The notes: generated from the sequence alone by a model not told the origin. A DNA stretch of 64,000 nucleotides from Motiliproteus sp. (GCA_026196225.1 JAPHRD010000037.1:6855-70854), one strand, 5' to 3'. Shown: positions 10,333-22,796, counted from the first letter of the stretch. Numbers and translations: made by a program.

Positions 10333-11106
10333 TCAATTTCGCCCAGCCATGACACCGCCATCTACATCCCAGATGGCACCGGTAACCCAACTGGCTTTAT
10401 CGGATAACAGAAAACTGATCGCATTTGCCACATCCTCCGGGCTGCCGATACGGCCAATGGGGTGAAAGCTGTCAAAACTGCTGAGCACCTCATCGATCTG
10501 TTCTTCCTCAATAAATGCCTTGTAGATTGGCGTCTTAACCACCGCTGGCGATACGGCGTTTACCCTAATCCCTTGGTCGGCCAGCTCCATCGCCAAATGT
10601 TGTGTCATAGCATGGAGTCCCGCCTTCGCCATCGAATAGGCTGAGGATGGCGTAGCCTTGACCGCCTGTTTTGCCCACATTGAACCGATATTAACGATAC
10701 TGCCGCCACCAGTGCCGGACATCATCTGCGCTACCGTACGAGTAATGACAAACAGTGCCCGATTCAAACCCATATAAGCATCATAGTCCTGAATCTGGTG
10801 CTCCAGAAAGGGTTTGGGGCTGAAATATCCGGCGGCGTTCACAAGCTGATTGATGGGGTCAGAGACCGCTTGCAGATCCAGGCAGAACTGTTCCACCTGG
10901 CCCCAATGGTAGAGATCAACCGCTATCGTCGATACCTGGCCCGTCGTACCTAATCGCTCAGCCGCCTGATCCAGTTTCTTGCGGTCACGACCGGTAATGA
11001 TGACCGGTTTCCCGTCACCCAAGAGTTGCTCTGCCACGGCGTAGCCGATACCGCTGGAGCCGCCTACAATCAAGGTGCGAGTCTGTGAATCATTTAGGTT
11101 ATGCAT
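10333..11106 (-). CDS. SDR family oxidoreductase
   Basis: GGSSGIGYA (TGxxxGIG) and YSMAKAG (YxxxK). Start trimmed to MHNLNDSQ. Confidence 0.85.
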   Translation of the reverse strand: MHNLNDSQTRTLIVGGSSGIGYAVAEQLLGDGKPVIITGRDRKKLDQAAERLGTTGQVSTIAVDLYHWGQVEQFCLDLQAVSDPINQLVNAAGYFSPKPFLEHQIQDYDAYMGLNRALFVITRTVAQMMSGTGGGSIVNIGSMWAKQAVKATPSSAYSMAKAGLHAMTQHLAMELADQGIRVNAVSPAVVKTPIYKAFIEEEQIDEVLSSFDSFHPIGRIGSPEDVANAISFLLSDKASWVTGAIWDVDGGVMAGRN

Positions 11107-11243
11107 GGTCTCTATTCCTGTCTGAATTGCTTTGGCAATCGACTCTGTGGTCAACTGAAGTTTCTGACGCCACTTTAGGTTGCAGCTAACTCCATGAAAA
11201 CCAGGCACAATTTAGTAGGGTAGGTACTTTTCGGTTCATCTTT

Positions 11244-11591
11244 ATGATTTCTAACGAGAAAAAAATTTCACGCCAGATAGCCCCGGAACGGGCCGCACGC
11301 ATGGTGGAGACAATCTTTGGCTGTAAATGGTCACTGACCGTATTCAAATTACTGGATCAGGGGATCAACCGCCCCGGCGAGATGGTACGCTGTGTAGAAG
11401 GACTGAGCACCAAGGTACTTAACGACTGCCTGCGCAAAAATGTCGAGTACGGTATCTTGTCAAAAACCAGCTACCCGGAATTGCCACCACGGGTGGAATA
11501 CGCCGTAACGCCCTTTGGACTACGATTTCTGCAAGTGATTGAACAGATCGAACAGCTGCAAAGCGAACTGGACACCTCTAGCGATGATTAA
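11244..11591 (+). CDS. HxlR family transcriptional regulator
   Basis: 115 aa. GCKWSLTVFKLL and PPRVEYAVTPFG motifs. Divergent from the SDR gene. Confidence 0.8.
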   Translation: MISNEKKISRQIAPERAARMVETIFGCKWSLTVFKLLDQGINRPGEMVRCVEGLSTKVLNDCLRKNVEYGILSKTSYPELPPRVEYAVTPFGLRFLQVIEQIEQLQSELDTSSDD

Positions 11592-12207
11592 CTCACTGCT
11601 CAATACTCGCTCCTTCGCCTGGATCGGTATTTTTCTGGGGGTATTAGTTTGGTCTGCGATCAACCCCAAAGACCAATTCACCTGGTTTTTAGAGGTACTA
11701 CCGGCTCTGATCGGTGCAGTTGTATTGCTGGCGACCCGCCTAAGCTTTCGCCTGACTCCCTTGGTCTATCTGCTGATCCTGATCCATTGCGTGATCCTGA
11801 TGGTGGGAGGCCACTACACCTACGCCGAAGTTCCGTTGTTCGACTGGATCAGGGACAGTTTTGATCTGGAGCGAAATAACTACGATAAGGTAGGCCACTT
11901 TGCCCAGGGCTTTGTGCCTGCGCTGATTGCACGGGAACTGCTGATCAGAAAAGAGATTATTCCCAAGGCCACTTGGCGTAATTTCCTCATCGTTTGCTTT
12001 TGCCTGGCTTTCAGCGCTTTCTACGAACTGATCGAGTGGTGGGTGGCCATTGCATCCGGCGAGTCAGCAGAAGCCTTCCTCGGTACCCAAGGCTACGTTT
12101 GGGATACCCAATCAGATATGGGCCTGGCGCTGCTGGGGGCAATTATGGGATTAATCTGTTTAAGCCGCCTCCATCAACGCCAGCTGGATCAATTGCAGCA
12201 GTCATAA
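11584..12207 (+). CDS. DUF2238 (YjdF-like) inner membrane protein
   Basis: Start at an ATG overlapping the hxlR-like stop (ATGA). Multi-TM with RNNYDKVGHFAQGF. Confidence 0.6.
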   Translation: MINSLLNTRSFAWIGIFLGVLVWSAINPKDQFTWFLEVLPALIGAVVLLATRLSFRLTPLVYLLILIHCVILMVGGHYTYAEVPLFDWIRDSFDLERNNYDKVGHFAQGFVPALIARELLIRKEIIPKATWRNFLIVCFCLAFSAFYELIEWWVAIASGESAEAFLGTQGYVWDTQSDMGLALLGAIMGLICLSRLHQRQLDQLQQS

Positions 12208-12502
12208 TCGAATCTTTATCGCCAAAGCCGCAATCGTCAACTAATATTTTCTTAATTAATAGCTAATTGCACCACAATAATTATGATTTTCTGCAGTATT
12301 TGCAGACATTCACCATCTCATCCTTGTTAGCCTATACATGGATGGTTGGTGAGCCCCACAGGGAATCAAAATTTGGCTCAAAAAGCATTTGCCTCTGGCA
12401 AGTCCCCGATCCACAAGATCACCCGACAAGCCGTGAACAGCATGATCTGCTCCACGGCGACCCTGGTCACCAACCATCCCATGCTCACCGGACAGCCTAA
12501 CC

Positions 12503-12982
12503 ATGACACGTTCCCTCGACCGCATTGACCAGAAGATTCTCGAAATCCTGCAACGGGATGCCCGTATCAGCATCACTGATCTGTCGGAACAGGTCGGTTT
12601 ATCACCGACACCCTGCGGACGTCGTTTAAAATTGCTGGAGGAATCAGGACTGATCGAACAGCAGGTGGTGCTGCTGGAACAAAAGCAACTAGGGCTACCA
12701 ATCACCATTTTGGTCCAGGTCAGTTTGGAAACCCAGACCCGCGACAAGCTGGATGCTTTCGAAAGCGAGATCGCCAAGATCCCGGAAGTGATGGAGTGTT
12801 CTCTGATTACCGGCAGCGCAGCCGACTACATCGTCAAGATCGTCATGCCCAGTCTGGATCACTATCAACAGCTACTGCTGGATAAGCTCACTAATATGCC
12901 GGGGATTCGCTCAATCATATCCAACTTTGTACTGCGGCAACCGGTCCGAAAAACGGCGCTACCTCTTAACCACCTAAAATAG
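12503..12982 (+). CDS. Lrp/AsnC family transcriptional regulator
   Basis: 159 aa. LDRIDQKILEILQRDARISITDLSEQVGLSPTPCGRRLKLLEESGLI followed by an AsnC-type ligand domain. Confidence 0.9.
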   Translation: MTRSLDRIDQKILEILQRDARISITDLSEQVGLSPTPCGRRLKLLEESGLIEQQVVLLEQKQLGLPITILVQVSLETQTRDKLDAFESEIAKIPEVMECSLITGSAADYIVKIVMPSLDHYQQLLLDKLTNMPGIRSIISNFVLRQPVRKTALPLNHLK

Positions 12983-13850
12983 CGTCAAGACTCAGCAGTT
13001 GCTGTTCGGGTAGCTGGAAGCTGCGTTCTTTATCGCAATCAGGGCAATGAATGCGCAACAGACAGGACTGCAACTGCAGATCGAGGCCGTCGTTGACGCC
13101 ATCACCGTAGAGACGATCACCGAGAACAGGGTGACCCAAGCTCGCCAGATGCTGGCGAATCTGGTGCTTTCGACCGGTCTCCAGCAGCACTTCTACCAGC
13201 GTTCTGTCACCCTCGACATCAATCGCTAAGGTGGTGACACGACTGCGGGCACCTTTGCCATTCACCGGCGTATCGATAAGCACATCGTCGAGCTGCAATT
13301 GACCGCTAACGATCGCACGGTAGCGTTTTTCCACCTCTCGCTTCTCAAATTGAGAAGCCAGAGCCGCTGCAGTGGCTTTATCGTGGGCCACCAAAATCAG
13401 CCCTTCTGTTGCCCGATCAAGGCGATGCACCGTGAAGGAAGGGCGCTCAGGCTGCAGATGAATCTCCACCCAACGGTAAAGGGTGCAGTGATCACCGTAC
13501 TTTGACCCCTGACAACGCACGCCGAAGGGTTTGTACCATACCGAGTAGTTATTTTCGTCGCTGATCAAGCGCGGTTCCTTGGGCTGTTCAGCCAGGATCT
13601 CGGAATCAAAGTACAGGTGCAGTTGATCACCGTACTTCAGTATCTTTGAAGCTCGGCGAATACGGCTAGTTTTTCCACGGGTGAGCCAAACCGCTCCCTG
13701 ATGCATAGCCTCTTTAAGAGCACTGCGGCTGAGGGTACAGTGATCGGCTAGCCAGTCGATCGCTTTTTTTCCGCCCTCGCGAATATCGATATGGCGCTCA
13801 AAACGAGCACTACCGTTTGATGGGCTTGGGACTGTATTACTGGAAGACAT
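12966..13850 (-). CDS. RluA-family RNA pseudouridine synthase with S4-like N-terminal domain
   Basis: 294 aa. HRLDRATEGLILVAHD catalytic-Asp motif and GRKHQIRQHLA. Confidence 0.8.
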   Translation of the reverse strand: MSSSNTVPSPSNGSARFERHIDIREGGKKAIDWLADHCTLSRSALKEAMHQGAVWLTRGKTSRIRRASKILKYGDQLHLYFDSEILAEQPKEPRLISDENNYSVWYKPFGVRCQGSKYGDHCTLYRWVEIHLQPERPSFTVHRLDRATEGLILVAHDKATAAALASQFEKREVEKRYRAIVSGQLQLDDVLIDTPVNGKGARSRVTTLAIDVEGDRTLVEVLLETGRKHQIRQHLASLGHPVLGDRLYGDGVNDGLDLQLQSCLLRIHCPDCDKERSFQLPEQQLLSLDAILGG

Positions 13851-13906
13851 CGAGGCGTAAATCCTTTATCGGCCTTGGCTGTTGGATGAGATAGTTCATC
13901 AGCAAT

Positions 13907-13932
13907 AAAAAACGGGCCTAAGCCCGTTTTTT
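13907..13932 (-). terminator. rho-independent terminator downstream of pnp (symmetrical A6/T6 flanks)
   Basis: AAAAAACGGGC-CTAA-GCCCGTTTTTT, located 15 nt after the pnp stop. Confidence 0.85.
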
Positions 13933-13946
13933 ATTGTGCCGGAGAA

Positions 13947-16058
13947 TTACCCCTCCAGCCCTTCGTCTTCACGCAGGTCTTTCATGCTCAGTTTGATGCG
14001 ACCACGTGGATCGACATCCAGAACCTTGACCTTAACCATCTCACCTTCTTTCAAGAAGTCGGTAACCTTCTCTACACGCTCTTTAGCGATTTGAGAAATA
14101 TGTACCAGACCGTCCTTACCAGGCAGGATGTTAACAAACGCGCCGAAATCAACGATACGCTCAACCTTACCTTCGTAGATCTTACCTACTTCAGCTTCAG
14201 CGGTAATCGCCATTACAGTGTCGATAGCCGCCTGTGCAGCAGCTTTATCAGCCGCAAAGATCTTGATGGTGCCGTCGTCTTCGATATCGATAGAAGCACC
14301 AGTTTCTTCGGTGATGCTACGGATAGTTGCGCCACCTTTACCGATAACGTCACGGATCTTGTCAGGATTGATCTTCAGCTGAGTCATAGCAGGTGCGTTG
14401 TCGTTCAGCTCAGGACGAGCGTAGCCGATAACCTTGGCCATCTCGCGCAGAATGTGCTGACGTGCGTCCAGAGCCTGCTCCAGAGCCTGCTCCATGATCT
14501 CTTCGGTGATACCTTCGATCTTGATATCCATCTGCAGAGCAGTGATACCGTTTTCGGAACCGGCTACTTTAAAGTCCATGTCGCCAAGGTGATCTTCGTC
14601 ACCCAGGATGTCGGTCAGAACGGCGAACTTGTCACCCTCTTTCACCAGACCCATGGCGATACCCGCAACCGGACGCTTAACAGGTACACCTGCATCCATC
14701 AGCGCCAGAGAGGCACCACATACGGAAGCCATAGAGCTTGAACCGTTAGATTCTGTGATCTCAGAAACAATACGGATCGTGTAAGGGAAGTCATCCTGAT
14801 TAGGCATCATTGCCTGGATACCACGACGCGCCAAACGGCCATGGCCGATTTCACGACGCCCAGCACCCATCATACGGCTGCACTCACCGACAGAGTAACC
14901 GGGGAAGTTGTAGTGGAACAGGAATGGATCTTTACGCTCGCCCTGCAGCGCGTCGATGATCTGCTGATCACGGCTGGTACCCAGAGTGGTAGTAACGATC
15001 GCCTGAGTCTCACCACGAGTAAACAGTGCTGAACCGTGAGTCTTACCCAGTACACCCACCTCTACTTCGATCGGACGAACAGTCTTGGTGTCACGACCGT
15101 CGATGCGAGGCTCACCGTTAACAACACGGCTACGTACGATATTCTTCTCAACAGAGCTGAATAGCTTGGAAACTTCTTTTGGATCATTTTCTGACGCTTC
15201 GCCGCCAGACAGTGCTTCAACGGCTTCGTTGCGGATCTCACCCAGACGACCATAACGAGCCAGCTTGTCGCTGATCTGATAGGCCTCAGTAATTGCAGCA
15301 CCGTAACCGTTTTCGATCTGGCTCTTCAGCTCGGTGTTAACAGCTTCTGGCTGCCAATCCCAAGTTGGCTTGGCGTTTTCAGCAGCAAACTCGGTCACTG
15401 CATCGACAACAACCTGCATCTCGTCGTGGGCAAACAGTACCGCACCCAGCATCTCGTCTTCGGTCAGTTCTTGTGCCTCAGACTCAACCATCAGTACCGC
15501 ATCTTTGGTACCAGCAACAACCATGTCCAGCAGAGAGGTTTCCAGCTGCTCGAAGCTTGGGTTGAGCACGTAACCAGTCTCTTCGTCGAAACCAACACGG
15601 GCTGCACCGATAGGACCGTTGAATGGGATACCGGAGATCGCCAGCGCGGCAGAGGTACCGATCATCGCAGCGATATCGGGGTAGTTTTTCTTGTCAGCAG
15701 AAACCACCGTACAGATCACCTGTACTTCGTTCATGAATCCGTTAGGGAACAGAGGGCGGATCGGACGGTCGATCAGACGAGAAGTCAGGGTCTCAAATTC
15801 GCTCGGACGTGCTTCACGCTTGAAGAAACCACCAGGGATCTTACCTACAGAGTAGGTCTTCTCTTGGTAGTGTACAGACAGCGGGAAGAACGGCTGATCA
15901 GGACGCGCTTCTTTGTTACCGACTACAGTAGCCAATACTTGGTTTTCGCCCATAGTTACCAGAACGGCACCACTGGCTTGACGGGCAATACGCCCGGTTT
16001 CCAGAGTGACTTGCTGGCCACCAAACTGGAATGTCTTAGTCTTTGGAGTTGGACTCAC
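13947..16058 (-). CDS. pnp: polynucleotide phosphorylase
   Basis: Two RNase PH domains plus KH and S1. Start moved to GTG 16058 (AGAGGAA SD 6-7 nt upstream), which matches the usual N-terminus. The track ORF extends to 16103. Confidence 0.95.
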   Translation of the reverse strand: MSPTPKTKTFQFGGQQVTLETGRIARQASGAVLVTMGENQVLATVVGNKEARPDQPFFPLSVHYQEKTYSVGKIPGGFFKREARPSEFETLTSRLIDRPIRPLFPNGFMNEVQVICTVVSADKKNYPDIAAMIGTSAALAISGIPFNGPIGAARVGFDEETGYVLNPSFEQLETSLLDMVVAGTKDAVLMVESEAQELTEDEMLGAVLFAHDEMQVVVDAVTEFAAENAKPTWDWQPEAVNTELKSQIENGYGAAITEAYQISDKLARYGRLGEIRNEAVEALSGGEASENDPKEVSKLFSSVEKNIVRSRVVNGEPRIDGRDTKTVRPIEVEVGVLGKTHGSALFTRGETQAIVTTTLGTSRDQQIIDALQGERKDPFLFHYNFPGYSVGECSRMMGAGRREIGHGRLARRGIQAMMPNQDDFPYTIRIVSEITESNGSSSMASVCGASLALMDAGVPVKRPVAGIAMGLVKEGDKFAVLTDILGDEDHLGDMDFKVAGSENGITALQMDIKIEGITEEIMEQALEQALDARQHILREMAKVIGYARPELNDNAPAMTQLKINPDKIRDVIGKGGATIRSITEETGASIDIEDDGTIKIFAADKAAAQAAIDTVMAITAEAEVGKIYEGKVERIVDFGAFVNILPGKDGLVHISQIAKERVEKVTDFLKEGEMVKVKVLDVDPRGRIKLSMKDLREDEGLEG

Positions 16059-16141
16059 AGTGAATTCCTCTAATCTATTTTCTCTGTGCTCCGGTCTGGG
16101 CAAGCTCTTTGCCTCTAGACCCTCTGTTGTGCCTTAACAAG

Positions 16142-16197
16142 CCGTACTTTTTTGCATTCCCTTACATTTCCATCATCGGAAAGGCAAAAAAGTACGG
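16142..16197 (-). promoter_or_regulatory. long hairpin in the pnp leader (RNase III-type autoregulatory stem)
   Basis: Perfect 14-bp stem CCGTACTTTTTTGC / GCAAAAAAGTACGG enclosing 28 nt, between rpsO and pnp. Confidence 0.6.
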
Positions 16198-16277
16198 GCT
16201 GATCAACAGATCCTGAGCACCTAATTGTATGTAATATTCAGTTGCGGATTATGGCCGCAGAATCGATCCCAGAAAGT

Positions 16278-16307
16278 CAAAGGCCATAGCGAAAGCTATG
16301 GCCTTTG
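16278..16307 (-). terminator. rpsO terminator hairpin
   Basis: 13-bp stem CAAAGGCCATAGC-GAAA-GCTATGGCCTTTG, 11 nt after the rpsO stop. The U-tract is weak. Confidence 0.65.
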
Positions 16308-16318
16308 CAAGGATCAGC

Positions 16319-16588
16319 TTAGCGACGCAGACCCAGACGACCGATCAGCGTAACGTAACGCTGTGCGTCTTTGGACTTCAGGTAATCCAGCAACTTACGA
16401 CGCTGGTTAACCATACGGATCAGACCACGACGAGAGTGGTGATCTTTACTGTTGTCCTTAAAGTGGGACTGCAGACCTTCGATGTTGGCAGTCAGCAGAG
16501 CAACCTGAACTTCAGGAGAACCGGTGTCGCCTTCAGCTGTCTGATAGTCCGCAACGATGGACGCTTTCTTTTCGGCAGATAGTGCCAT
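16319..16588 (-). CDS. rpsO: 30S ribosomal protein S15
   Basis: 89 aa. [22 protein letters not shown]. Confidence 0.97.
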   Translation of the reverse strand: MALSAEKKASIVADYQTAEGDTGSPEVQVALLTANIEGLQSHFKDNSKDHHSRRGLIRMVNQRRKLLDYLKSKDAQRYVTLIGRLGLRR

Positions 16589-16719
16589 GATACTTCTCCA
16601 TTTCTAATATGCATGTGGCCGCTAAATCGCGTTCACCACACTGGTTAAACAAACGTCACCACCGTGCATATTTACAGTAGGACGCGTTGGGTTATGAAAA
16701 CCTTTAGCTCTTATGGAGC

Positions 16720-17709
16720 TTATTGGGTTTTCATCAGACGACGGGGAGTTAACACACCATCTTCCGATACTTCACCGAGACCCAAAAACCGATCTTGGTC
16801 TGCGGTCACAATTCGAATTAATGCCGACTCAGCATCGGTATCCTTAGATACTTTACTGCTGTCTACTACTTGAACCGGCCGGCCATTTTTCAAGGCCTGG
16901 GTCTGTTTATCATCCACCTTCAATTCGGGCAGATGAGCCACTGCGGTCCAAGGCGGTAATAGTACATTATCCAGCGCTAGATGTACGCCTTTATTTTCGC
17001 CCTCACCAAGCGGCTCAATATCCCCAGCTGCCTGATCAGCAATGGCCTGCAGCTGTTCTGGCGTCTTCATCATTGCCGCTTTGTAGGGGCCTGAATCCAA
17101 CCGCCGCAAAACACTAACATGAGCACCACAACCCAGCAATTCGCCCAGGTCTTCGACAATGGAACGAATATAAGTTCCCTTGCTGCAACGAACATCCAGA
17201 TCCAGCTCGTCACCGCGAAAATCTAGCAGCTCAATATGGTAGATCATCACCTGACGTTTCTTGACCTCAACCTCGATGCCTTTACGCGCCAACTTATAGA
17301 GCGGCTGCCCATTGTGCTTAAGGGCTGAGTACATGGAGGGGGTTTGGGTAATTTCACCGTTGAAATGCTGCTTAAGGAGCTCAACCACCTTCTCGGCGGA
17401 AACATTCTCTACAGGACGTTCTTCAATAACATCACCATCGGCATCGCCCGAAGCAGTTTTAATCCCCAGCTTGGCGGTGGTCTGGTAATGCTTATCAGCA
17501 TCCAACAGGTATTGGGAAAACTTGGTGGCTTCGCCAAAACAGATGGGCAGCATACCGGTGGCCAGTGGATCCAGGGCTCCGGTATGACCCGCTTTAGCAG
17601 CCCCATAAAGGCGTTTCATGCGCTGTAGAATATGGTTGGAACTAACCCCGGCGGGCTTATCCAACAACAGTATTCCATCAACCGTCCGACCCCGTCGACG
17701 TCTCGCCAA
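16720..17709 (-). CDS. truB: tRNA pseudouridine(55) synthase
   Basis: LLLDKPAGVSSN and GHTGALDPLATG, with a PUA-like C-terminus. Confidence 0.95.
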   Translation of the reverse strand: MARRRRGRTVDGILLLDKPAGVSSNHILQRMKRLYGAAKAGHTGALDPLATGMLPICFGEATKFSQYLLDADKHYQTTAKLGIKTASGDADGDVIEERPVENVSAEKVVELLKQHFNGEITQTPSMYSALKHNGQPLYKLARKGIEVEVKKRQVMIYHIELLDFRGDELDLDVRCSKGTYIRSIVEDLGELLGCGAHVSVLRRLDSGPYKAAMMKTPEQLQAIADQAAGDIEPLGEGENKGVHLALDNVLLPPWTAVAHLPELKVDDKQTQALKNGRPVQVVDSSKVSKDTDAESALIRIVTADQDRFLGLGEVSEDGVLTPRRLMKTQ

Positions 17710-17710
17710 C

Positions 17711-18115
17711 TTAGTCGTCCCCTTGTTCCGAATCGGAATCAGTGCCGCGCTGACGATCCTCGGACACCGCTTTGTTAATCAGCGACGAGAGGTAGTTACC
17801 GCGGGAAACACTGCTGTCGTAGTGAAAACGCAACTGTGGCACAGTGCGCATTTTAATCAGTTTCGCCACCCGCCCACGGAGGAAACCAGAAGCCCGATTG
17901 AGGATCTGGACGGTTGTCGCGATCTCCTCTTCGGTCTCTTCCTTCCCCATGACGGTGACATAAATGTCAGCGTAGGAAAGATCTTTGGAGATCTTGGCAT
18001 CATTGACGGTCACCAATCCCAGCCGGGGGTCTTTGACCTCCTGCTGGATCAGTTGAGCCAGGTCGCGTTGCAGCTGCTCGGCGACCCGTTGAGTACGACT
18101 AAATTCTCTGGCCAT
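17711..18115 (-). CDS. rbfA: ribosome-binding factor A
   Basis: 134 aa. RVAEQLQRDLAQLI...DPRLGLVTV, with an acidic tail. Confidence 0.93.
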   Translation of the reverse strand: MAREFSRTQRVAEQLQRDLAQLIQQEVKDPRLGLVTVNDAKISKDLSYADIYVTVMGKEETEEEIATTVQILNRASGFLRGRVAKLIKMRTVPQLRFHYDSSVSRGNYLSSLINKAVSEDRQRGTDSDSEQGDD

Positions 18116-18131
18116 ATCAATCAGTCAGCCA

Positions 18132-20663
18132 TTACAGCTGACGAGCTACCTCGGTAATTTCAAAGACTTCGATCTGATCACCGATCTTAACGTCGTAGTT
18201 CTTCACACCGATACCGCATTCCATGCCGTTCCGCACCTCGGTGACGTTGTCCTTGAAGCGACGCAGGGAATCCAGCTCGCCTTCATGAACTACCACGTTG
18301 TCGCGGAGTACACGTACTTTCTTACTGCGGTGAACGACACCTTCGGCAACCATACAACCAGCCACCTGACCGAACTTAGGCGAACGGAACACGTCACGCA
18401 CTTCGGCGATACCGAGAATGTTCTCACGAAGTTCTGGTGCCAACATACCGGACAACGCCTGCTTCACGTCATCAATGATGTCGTAGATAACGCTGTAGTA
18501 ACGCATGTCGATCTCTTCTTTCTCAACCAGCGCTTTGGCAGGACCATCAGCACGAACGTTGAAGCCGAAGATAACGGCGTTGGAAGCCATCGCCAAGTTG
18601 GCGTCGGTTTCGGTAATACCACCCACACCACTGGAAACCACGCTCACCTTCACTTCGTCGGTGGACACTTCATTCAGCGCTGCGGTCAAGGCCTCAAGAG
18701 AGCCTCGTACATCAGTCTTCAGGACTACGTTGAGAATAGATGCTTGGCCGGAACCAATATTTTCAAACAAGTTGTCCAGCTTGGCTGCCTGTTGACGGGC
18801 GATCTTAACATCGCGGAATTTACCCTGACGATAGAGCGCCACTTCACGGGCTTTCTTATCGCTCTCTACAACGGCAAATTCATCACCGGCGTTTGGAGTA
18901 CCGTCAAGACCAAGAATCTCTACAGGAATAGATGGACCCGCTTCAGTAACAGGGCGACCATTTTCATCCAGCATGGCACGGACACGACCGTAGTTCTGAC
19001 CTGCCAGGACAATTTCACCCTGACGCAGAGTACCGTTTTGAACCAGCAGAGTGGCAACAGGACCGCGTCCTTTATCGAGACGGGATTCAACAACAACACC
19101 CATACCTGGCGCTGAAGGCACAGCCTTCAATTCCAGAATTTCGGATTGCAGCAATACCGCGTCCAGCAGTGCGTCGATGCCCTGACCGGTTTTAGCGGAT
19201 ACTTCGATAAACTGAACGTCGCCGCCCCACTCTTCAGGAACAACTTCTTTAGCCGCCAGCTCATTTTTGACGCGATCTGGATCAGCCGCTTCTTTATCGA
19301 TCTTGTTAACCGCAACCACCAGAGGAACGCCAGCAGCTCTCGCGTGCTGAACCGCTTCTTCAGTCTGCGGCATCACACCGTCATCGGCTGCAACAACCAG
19401 AATAACGATGTCAGTCGCCTTGGCACCACGGGCACGCATAGCGGTAAAGGCTGCGTGTCCAGGAGTATCCAGGAAACTGATCATGCCATGACCGGTTTCT
19501 ACGTGGTAGGCACCGATATGCTGGGTGATCCCTCCGGATTCGCCGTCGGTAACCTTAGTGTTGCGGATATAATCCAGCAGCGAGGTTTTACCGTGGTCAA
19601 CATGGCCCATAACGGTAACAACCGGTGCACGAGAGGTTTGCTCACCTTCGTAATTGATACCTTCCAGCACTTGATCTTCGACACTGCTGGAGGATGCCAA
19701 GCGAACTTTGTGGCCCATCTCTTCAACAACGATAGTTGCTGTGTCTTGGTCGATCACCTGGTTGATGGTGGCTGCTGCGCCCATCTTAAACATCACCTTG
19801 ATCACTTCAGCTGCCTTGACCGACATCTTCTTGGCCAGTTCTGCAACGGTGATAGTTTCCGGCAATTCCACCTCATGGATGGTTGGCTCGGTAGGACGTT
19901 CAAAAGCGTGTTGCTTCAACTGCTCCGGGGCTTTCAGCTTGGCACGAGACCTTGCTGCTTTACCGCCACGATTGCGGCCACCGCGTCGATCATCAAAACT
20001 GGCATCGAAGCCCTGACCTTTGCGAACACCTACGCCACCCTTACCGGATTTTGCACCGGAGCGAGACTTATCGTCCGCCACTTTCTTGGCGGGCTTGCGC
20101 TTGCCACCGTCTTTGTTTGCATCATCGCTGGTAGGACGCTTTTCTGCTGTAGCCGCTGCCTGCTCGGCTTTGATACGTGCAGCTTCTGCGTTGCGACGAA
20201 TTTCTTCAGCCTTAGCTTTCTCTTCTTCGGCCTGCTTGCGGGCAGCTTCTGCTGCTGCCGCTTCTGCGCTCATCTTGGCTTCAGCTTCTGCCTTTAAACG
20301 CGCCTCTTCAGCAATCTGTTCTGCAGATTTAACTTCAGCTACATCGTCCTGACTAGACTCTTCACGCTTAACGTAGGTGCGCTTCTTCCGCACTTCAACG
20401 TTAACCGTCTTGCGACGACCACTGCCGTCTACTTTCAAGGTGCTGGTCTTTTTACGATTCAGAGTAATACGGCGCGGCGCTTCAGAATCCCCGCTTTCAC
20501 CATGACTACGCTTAAGATGAGAAAGCAGCGTCTGACGCTCCTGCTCTGAAACGGCATCTTCTTCACTTTGATGGGACAACCCGGCATCCTTCATCTGCTG
20601 CAGCAATCGCTCCAGTGGGACACCAACCACATCGGCAAGTTGTTTTACGGTAACTTCTGCCAT
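18132..20663 (-). CDS. infB: translation initiation factor IF-2
   Basis: 843 aa. A/E/K-rich N-terminal region and G domain [16 protein letters not shown]...DTPGH...NKID. Confidence 0.97.
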   Translation of the reverse strand: MAEVTVKQLADVVGVPLERLLQQMKDAGLSHQSEEDAVSEQERQTLLSHLKRSHGESGDSEAPRRITLNRKKTSTLKVDGSGRRKTVNVEVRKKRTYVKREESSQDDVAEVKSAEQIAEEARLKAEAEAKMSAEAAAAEAARKQAEEEKAKAEEIRRNAEAARIKAEQAAATAEKRPTSDDANKDGGKRKPAKKVADDKSRSGAKSGKGGVGVRKGQGFDASFDDRRGGRNRGGKAARSRAKLKAPEQLKQHAFERPTEPTIHEVELPETITVAELAKKMSVKAAEVIKVMFKMGAAATINQVIDQDTATIVVEEMGHKVRLASSSSVEDQVLEGINYEGEQTSRAPVVTVMGHVDHGKTSLLDYIRNTKVTDGESGGITQHIGAYHVETGHGMISFLDTPGHAAFTAMRARGAKATDIVILVVAADDGVMPQTEEAVQHARAAGVPLVVAVNKIDKEAADPDRVKNELAAKEVVPEEWGGDVQFIEVSAKTGQGIDALLDAVLLQSEILELKAVPSAPGMGVVVESRLDKGRGPVATLLVQNGTLRQGEIVLAGQNYGRVRAMLDENGRPVTEAGPSIPVEILGLDGTPNAGDEFAVVESDKKAREVALYRQGKFRDVKIARQQAAKLDNLFENIGSGQASILNVVLKTDVRGSLEALTAALNEVSTDEVKVSVVSSGVGGITETDANLAMASNAVIFGFNVRADGPAKALVEKEEIDMRYYSVIYDIIDDVKQALSGMLAPELRENILGIAEVRDVFRSPKFGQVAGCMVAEGVVHRSKKVRVLRDNVVVHEGELDSLRRFKDNVTEVRNGMECGIGVKNYDVKIGDQIEVFEITEVARQL

Positions 20664-20675
20664 TTTGGTTCTCCT

Positions 20676-22178
20676 TTATTCTGTACCCTGTTGGGACTCT
20701 TCGAACCAAGGAGCACGGGCGGTCATGATCAGTTGCCCCGCTTTCTCTTCGTCCATATCTTCAATTTCCATCAGATCATCGATGGATTGTTCGGCCAGGT
20801 CTTCCATGGTCACGATGCCCTTGGTGGCCAGTACCAGAGCCAGATGTTTGTCCATGCCGTCCATCGCCAGCAGATCTTCAGCTGGTTGAGCACTTTCCAG
20901 TTGCTCTTCAGATGCAATGGCAATATTCAGCAACGCATCTTTTGCACGGGTGCGAAGCTCGTTGACCAGTTCTTCGTCGAGTCCTTCGATCGCCAGCATT
21001 TCTTCCATTGGTACGTAAGCCACTTCCTCTACCGAGGTAAAGCCTTCTTCAACCAACAGCTGGGCAAATTCTTCATCGATATCCAGATGCTTAACAAAAT
21101 CTTCTACAACACCGCTGACCTCTTGCTGCTGCTTTTCGGCAGCATCTTCTTCGGTCATTACGTTCAATTCCCAACCCGTCAACTCGCTGGCCAGTCTAAC
21201 GTTCTGACCGCTACGACCGATGGCCATGGCCAGATTGTCTTCGGCAACGGCTACGTCCATTGAGTGGGCGTCTTCATCCACTACGATGGAAGCCACATCA
21301 GCAGGAGCCATGGCATTGATAACCAGTTGTGCCGGATTATCGTCCCAGAGGATGATATCCACACGCTCGTTATCCAGCTCGCCGGATACTGCCTGGACTC
21401 GAGAGCCCCGCATACCAACACAGGCACCGACCGGATCGATACGACCGTCATTGGTTTTAACGGCGATCTTTGCGCGAGAACCGGGATCACGTGCAGCCGC
21501 ACGAATCTCGATCACTTCTTCGGAAATCTCCGGCACTTCAATCTTGAACAGTTCGATCAACATTTCAGGACAGCTACGGCTGAGGAACAGCTGTGGTCCA
21601 CGAGATTCGCTACGAACTTCCTGCAGAATCGCACGTACACGGTCACCCATGCGGAATGTTTCACGACCAACCAATTGGTCACGCCCCAGCAATGCTTCGG
21701 CGTTATTGCCCAGGTCAACGATGACGTTGTCGCGGGTCACTTTCTTAACCGTACCGCTAACCAGCTCACCTAGACGATGCAGGTATTCCTGAACCACCTT
21801 GGCACGCTCGGCATCACGAACCTTTTGAACGATAACCTGCTTGGCCGTTTGCGCGGCAATTCGGCCGAAACCGATCGATTCAACCATCTCCTCAAAGACA
21901 TCTCCTGCCACCAAAGCAGAATCTTTCTCGTGAGCTTCTTCAAGGGTCAACTCGGTGCCCAGCAGCGCTAGCTGGTCATCAGCAACCACAGCCCAGCGAC
22001 GGAATGTTTCGTAATCACCGGTTTCACGGTCGATCACAACGCGGATATCTGAATCTTCGTCGTAACGCTTCTTGGTCGCAGTCGCCAGCGCCACCTCGAT
22101 CGCTTCGAAGATTACATCCTTAGGTACTTCCTTCTCGTTGGAAACTGCTTCTACTACCAGAAGAATCTCTTTGTTCAT
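20676..22178 (-). CDS. nusA: transcription termination/antitermination factor NusA
   Basis: 500 aa. S1, KH1/KH2 and two C-terminal acidic repeats. Confidence 0.97.
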   Translation of the reverse strand: MNKEILLVVEAVSNEKEVPKDVIFEAIEVALATATKKRYDEDSDIRVVIDRETGDYETFRRWAVVADDQLALLGTELTLEEAHEKDSALVAGDVFEEMVESIGFGRIAAQTAKQVIVQKVRDAERAKVVQEYLHRLGELVSGTVKKVTRDNVIVDLGNNAEALLGRDQLVGRETFRMGDRVRAILQEVRSESRGPQLFLSRSCPEMLIELFKIEVPEISEEVIEIRAAARDPGSRAKIAVKTNDGRIDPVGACVGMRGSRVQAVSGELDNERVDIILWDDNPAQLVINAMAPADVASIVVDEDAHSMDVAVAEDNLAMAIGRSGQNVRLASELTGWELNVMTEEDAAEKQQQEVSGVVEDFVKHLDIDEEFAQLLVEEGFTSVEEVAYVPMEEMLAIEGLDEELVNELRTRAKDALLNIAIASEEQLESAQPAEDLLAMDGMDKHLALVLATKGIVTMEDLAEQSIDDLMEIEDMDEEKAGQLIMTARAPWFEESQQGTE

Positions 22179-22213
22179 TCCACTGCCTCGTTCTTGAAAC
22201 CAGATCCAGTTGT

Positions 22214-22669
22214 TTAAAACTGGGGCACAATGTTCGCTTTATCAATGGTATCGATCGGTAACAGGTATTCGTGATTATCGACTTCAATCACAACCTCATC
22301 CTCTTCAACACCTTTCAGTAAACCATTAAATTTCCGCCGTCCTTCGAAGGGCACACGCAGACGCAGTTGCACGCGCTGACCCACAAAAGCACGGTAGTGA
22401 ACCAGTTTGAATAGCGGCCGATCCATTCCTGGCGATGAAACTTCCAGGTTGTACTCTCCAACTATTGGATCTTCGACATCAAACACACTGCTGACTTGGC
22501 GGCTAACGGCAGCACAGTCATCAATGTAAATACCTTTTTCAGCATCAATAAAAATACGTAGCACGGTGTGCTTGCCCTGGGAAAGATATTCGATCCCCCA
22601 AAGCTCAAATCCCAAACCGATAACTACCGGTTCGATCAATGCTTCCAACTGTTCCAGTTTGGTTGCCAC
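22214..22669 (-). CDS. rimP: ribosome maturation factor RimP
   Basis: 151 aa. GTG start with AAGAGG 6 nt upstream. Conserved position upstream of nusA. Confidence 0.9.
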   Translation of the reverse strand: MATKLEQLEALIEPVVIGLGFELWGIEYLSQGKHTVLRIFIDAEKGIYIDDCAAVSRQVSSVFDVEDPIVGEYNLEVSSPGMDRPLFKLVHYRAFVGQRVQLRLRVPFEGRRKFNGLLKGVEEDEVVIEVDNHEYLLPIDTIDKANIVPQF

Positions 22670-22690
22670 TAAATGCCTCTTGCCACAAAT

Positions 22691-22713
22691 AAAAAATGGG
22701 TCTAAGACCCATT
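22691..22713 (-). terminator. hairpin plus T6 immediately upstream of the rimP SD (leader terminator/attenuator)
   Basis: Minus strand: AATGGGTC-TTA-GACCCATTTTTT. The T-run ends 21 nt before the rimP GTG. Confidence 0.6.
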
Positions 22714-22772
22714 CGAATCACCAGAACATCGCTGGTGTGCATGTCCTTTCAGGCACAAAAATAGCGCCTAAC

Positions 22773-22796
22773 AAAAAGCCCCTAACAAGGGGCTTC
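22773..22796 (-). terminator. rho-independent terminator after tRNA-Leu
   Basis: Minus strand: AGAAGCCCCT-TGTT-AGGGGCTTTTT. Confidence 0.8.

Noticed and set aside
12208-12502. 295-nt gene-free stretch upstream of the Lrp/AsnC gene, half AT-rich and half coding-like, with small overlapping ORFs on both strands
   Set aside because: The AT-rich part with the small hairpin CTGCA-GTATT-TGCAG fits an Lrp-type autoregulated promoter. The small ORFs have no SD or motifs. I could not fold a convincing riboswitch or sRNA by eye.
19146-20297. 383-aa plus-strand ORF (and several others between 18.2 and 20.4 kb) antisense to infB
   Set aside because: It lies entirely inside the highly conserved infB reading frame on the opposite strand. 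The product is low-complexity or Cys-rich and there is no SD. This is a typical shadow ORF.
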